Of a DNA stretch of 10,498 nucleotides, positions 7,176-10,498 are shown piece by piece (position 1 is the first letter of the stretch; the number at the start of each line of letters is the position of its first letter). The stretch is from Zygophlyctis sp. KS116 (taxonomy: Eukaryota > Fungi > Chytridiomycota). The notes under the pieces are model-generated. The model saw only the letters and a program-made list of their open reading frames with translations. It searched no databases and was not told where the DNA came from. The stretch is taken from NCBI GenBank assembly GCA_054661495.1, contig BAAFSQ010000324.1:1-10498 (forward strand), in the 5' to 3' direction. The translations under genes were made by a program, and so were the position numbers.

Positions 7176-8848
7176 ATGTTGTCAACTGCTCCAGACTCTG
7201 AGTCTTTCTTTCATACGGAACCAAAGGCAAAAGTAGCGGTAATCGGTGCAGGTGCATCTGGTCTTGCAGCGATTAAGGAATGTTTAGCAGTCGGATTAAC
7301 AGTTACTTGTTTTGAACAGTCAAACGATATCGGAGGTCTTTGGCGCTATGAAGAACCAAAGGCTGGGAAAGAAGTACATTCATCAGTCTACAGAAATACT
7401 ATTATAAACACTTCAAAGCCAATGGTAAATTATATGATTAATGGTTAAGATGGCATTTTCTGATTATCCAATCCCTCATTCTTGGCCTACATTCCTTCAT
7501 AATAAGGCTATTTTAAAGTATTTTGAAGATTATACATCTCATTTTGATTTGAAGAAATTTATAAGATTTGGGACAAAAGTTGTTTCGGTTGCGCCGATTA
7601 GAAAGTTTATTGGAAATGAAAAGGAAAAATGGGAAATTATACTAGAAGAAGAAGGAGGATCTCCAAAAATTGAAACTTTTGAATTTGTTTTTATTGCTAC
7701 TGGACATCATTGGAAACCATTAAGACCAGATTTTCAAGGTTTGGAAAACTTTCAAGGAGAGGTAATGCATTCACATAATTATCGTGATGCTTCACAGTTT
7801 AAAGATAAAAGGTGTTTAGTTGTTGGAATTGGGAATTCTGGTGTAGATATGGCAGTAGAATTATCTTATCATGCTAAACAAGTATTTTTAAGTTCAAGAA
7901 AAAGTGCATGGGTTGCTCCTAGATATACAATAACTGGTGCGCCTGCAGATCAAGTTCTTTCTAGGTAATTTCTCAAAAATGACTCTAGATTCTTTTATTG
8001 GTTTCCAATGTTTATTAGGAATATAATTTTTGCTTTTTCTGTTTGGTTAACTTTTGGGAATATTGCTAGATTTGGACTTTCGCCAAAACACGCTCCATTC
8101 TCTGCTCATGCGACTGTGTCTGGTGAATTATGTCCGAGAATAGGAACTGGGACTATAAAACTTGCTAAAAATGTTAAAAGATTTCTTTCTGGAGAGACAG
8201 ACTCTGGAGCCAAAGGTAGAGTTGAATTTGAAGATGGGAGTATTATGGATGTTGATATTGTCTTTTTAGCTACTGGTTATGAAATTGGATATCCATTCTT
8301 GGATGCAAAGACTATTTGTGGATTAAATCAGAATCAAGTCTCAATGTACAAGTTTATGTGGCCTCTAAAACACAAGAATATAGTATTTATTGGATTAGTA
8401 CAACCTTATGGTATATATATTTATTTTATATGCAAGGATCAATTATGCCAATTAGTGAAATTCAATGTCGATGGGCTGCTAGAGTTTTTGCTAAAAAGGC
8501 TAAAAAACTAGTTTCTGAAAATGACATGCATTCAGATATTCTTAAAGTCCAAAGGGAAATGTCTGAGAGATATATCTCTTCTCAAAGACATACAATTCAA
8601 GTTGATGCAGGTAATTAAGTCTCTAAAATATAGGCCCTTATATGGATGAAATTGCCAAGTTTATTGACGCTGCGCCTTGTTTACTCTACACGTTTATAAC
8701 TGATCCTATCCTTTGGTTTAAACTAGTTTTTGGATGCTGGACACCTCATCAGTACAGATTAGTAGGACCTGATGCCTGGAATAAAGCCCGTAGTCAAATC
8801 ATGCTAGTTAATTCTGGCTATGATTACACACTGTGGAAAGGAATGTAA
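7176..8848 (+). CDS. Flavin-containing monooxygenase (dimethylaniline monooxygenase-like), 524 aa
   Basis: Exons 7176-7424, 7450-7964, 7989-8410, 8437-8610, 8634-8848; introns of 25, 24, 26 and 23 nt. FAD motif GAGASG, GGLW, FMO signature FQGEVMHSHNY, NADPH motif GIGNSG, LATGY, RHTIQVD, YRLVGP. Confidence 0.95.
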
Positions 8849-8903
8849 ATTTGATTGTTTTAAATTTCTTGATTTGAGACTGTAGGGTTTGAGTTAAGAA
8901 AAG

Positions 8904-9611
8904 ATGGAGGTTTGACATTATATTTTAACATTCTAGCCTGAATATCATACAGATTCTGATCAGGAGTCGCCTGCCTACTGGGTCGATTGGTTTCTATCAT
9001 TGAAGGGCCATGAATTCTTTTGTCAGGTGGATGAGGATTTTATTATTGACAGATTTAATTTGGCAGGACTTTATGTCGAAGTTCCTCACTTTCAACAAGC
9101 TTTTGAACTTATCACCGACTCTCTAAATCCCGAAGACTTTGAACAAGATTTTGAACCGTCGCTGTGGGATGAAATAGAAGCTTCAGCAAGGCATTTGTAT
9201 GGATTGATTCATTCAAGATTTATTATTACTGCAAGGGGACTATCTAAAATGAATGAAAAATTCAAACTAGCAGAATTTGGAAGATGTCCAAGAGTCTTGT
9301 GTCATAATCAACCAGTTTTACCAATTGGACTATTAGATTCTCCTGGATTAAAAGGATTAAAGCTGTATTGTCCACACTGTGAAGATGTTTATACTCCACC
9401 ATCAAGAAGGCACTCATCAATAGATGGATCATATTTTGGAACTAGTTTTCCTCATTTAATATTTCAGGCATATCCTGAATTGATGCCATCTAAAAGTTTA
9501 GAAAGATATATTCCAAAAATATTTGGGTTCAAGTTACATTCAACAATGACCGAGATTAAAGAACAGGAAGAAATAAGACAAAAAACCCCAATTGAAAAAC
9601 CTCTAGCATAA
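8904..9611 (+). CDS. CSNK2B: Casein kinase II regulatory beta subunit (226 aa)
   Basis: Exon 1 is 8904-8909 (ATG GAG), followed by a 27-nt intron 8910-8936 and exon 2 8937-9611. Motifs: YWVDWFLSLKGHEFFCQVDEDFIIDRFNL, SARHLYGLIH, zinc ribbon CPRVLC...LYCPHC, IDGSYFGTSFPH, YIPKIFGFK. Confidence 0.96.
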
Positions 9612-9643
9612 TAAAGAAAATTGCAAATCGAAAATACTTTTAT

Positions 9644-10336
9644 TTAAAAATCAAAACAGTCTGAAGGAATCACACCTTGATTCTTATTATTTTGATTCAT
9701 GCACAAGACCCAACCATCTTCATATACCTTGTGAACTACAACAATATCCCCTTCTAAAACATTCATTTCATCATATTCAGAAGCATTATAATATCTTTGA
9801 ATCACATATGACTTATCTAATTGAATCTTATCAAAAGGCGGAGGAACTTGAATGGAATCCATATGTACCATAACTTCAGAATTAGACATTGAACCATTAA
9901 TGAGAGAGTTCCTAAAGATTGTTGAATATGTAACTGGATTTTGTGCTTGATTAGAATAATCCAAATCTGGATTTTGAGTCTGATTAGAAGGAAATGCAAA
10001 AGTAAAACTAGAAACTGTAGACATTCTCTTGTCATCCAACAACATTGAACTTATTCTAGGCTTCCGATTTGAAGTATTAACAGGATTTGATGATTTAAAA
10101 ACAGTATTGATCTCATCAGTCTCTACTATAGCTGATTTTCTCTTTTTGTAAATGTAAAATGCAATGAGTGGTCCTAGAATAGTAATCAAACCAATACAAG
10201 TTGCAGCCGAAGCCTTTAAAAAATCCTTATTGTTGATCCATTTATCTGGCTGATTTATATCAAAGCCATCTTGTCTTTTTTCAAGTGCTAAACATACTGA
10301 TAATAGAGAGTAAATGATTGCTTTCCACAAAATCAT
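9644..10336 (-). CDS. Single-pass membrane protein with C-terminal SH3 domain (230 aa)
   Basis: Uninterrupted ORF: signal-peptide-like MILWKAIIYSLLSVCLA, hydrophobic helix AATCIGLITILGPLIAFYIY followed by KKRK, Ser/Asn-rich linker, then SH3 motif YVIQRYYNASEYDEMNVLEGDIVVVHKVYEDGW...GVIPSDCF. Confidence 0.85.
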   Translation of the reverse strand: MILWKAIIYSLLSVCLALEKRQDGFDINQPDKWINNKDFLKASAATCIGLITILGPLIAFYIYKKRKSAIVETDEINTVFKSSNPVNTSNRKPRISSMLLDDKRMSTVSSFTFAFPSNQTQNPDLDYSNQAQNPVTYSTIFRNSLINGSMSNSEVMVHMDSIQVPPPFDKIQLDKSYVIQRYYNASEYDEMNVLEGDIVVVHKVYEDGWVLCMNQNNKNQGVIPSDCFDF

Positions 10337-10498
10337 TACACTTGATGATGCCGCAAACTAAATTTAGAACCTTGAAGTTGCCGCTATAATTAGAATTTTT
10401 AAAAGTTGTTTAATAGCATCTCATTTTACAGTCATTAGAGGAGAAAACACTCCTTAAATTCTTAATTTTTTATGAATTTTGTAAATAATCCAAGACTA

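Noticed and set aside
29-8848. Fragmented ORFs read as pseudogenes, frameshifts or an alternative genetic code
   Set aside because: Every break is explained by a GT-AG intron that restores frame and conserved motifs under the standard code.
5473-10035. Off-frame ORFs 5473-5673 and 9817-10035
   Set aside because: Alternative frames inside GTPBP2 and the SH3 gene, with no independent support.
10438-10456. Small hairpin GAGGAG-AAAACA-CTCCTT near the window end
   Set aside because: Only 5-6 bp, does not match the histone stem-loop consensus, and the context is truncated.

Overview
An extremely compact, AT-rich eukaryotic region. Protein similarities are fungal/opisthokont; an early-diverging fungus (chytrid- or Rozella-like) is my inference. 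Nine protein genes are separated by 15-180 nt spacers, except for one 568-nt spacer: DAD1/OST2 (5'-partial), EF-1beta, a TBRG1-like FYR protein, a CTK1/Lsk1-type CTD kinase, dynein light chain roadblock (missed by the ORF track), GTPBP2, a flavin monooxygenase, CK2 beta and a single-pass membrane SH3 protein. Their genes are split by 22 tiny GT-AG introns of 23-31 nt. The only long coding-gene intron (103 nt, EF-1beta) hosts a U18/snR18 box C/D snoRNA. The large spacer hides a two-snoRNA cluster: an snR13 homologue and a dual-guide snoRNA combining an snR64/U74-type guide with an snR52-type Um2921 guide, with compensatory C/D box changes. That cluster appears to have one 5' splice site and two alternative 3' splice sites. 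Weaker candidates are an orphan C/D-like hairpin upstream of GTPBP2 and a recurrent YARGGTT promoter motif. All rRNA target assignments rely on my recollection of conserved eukaryotic LSU sequence (yeast numbering), not on a search.
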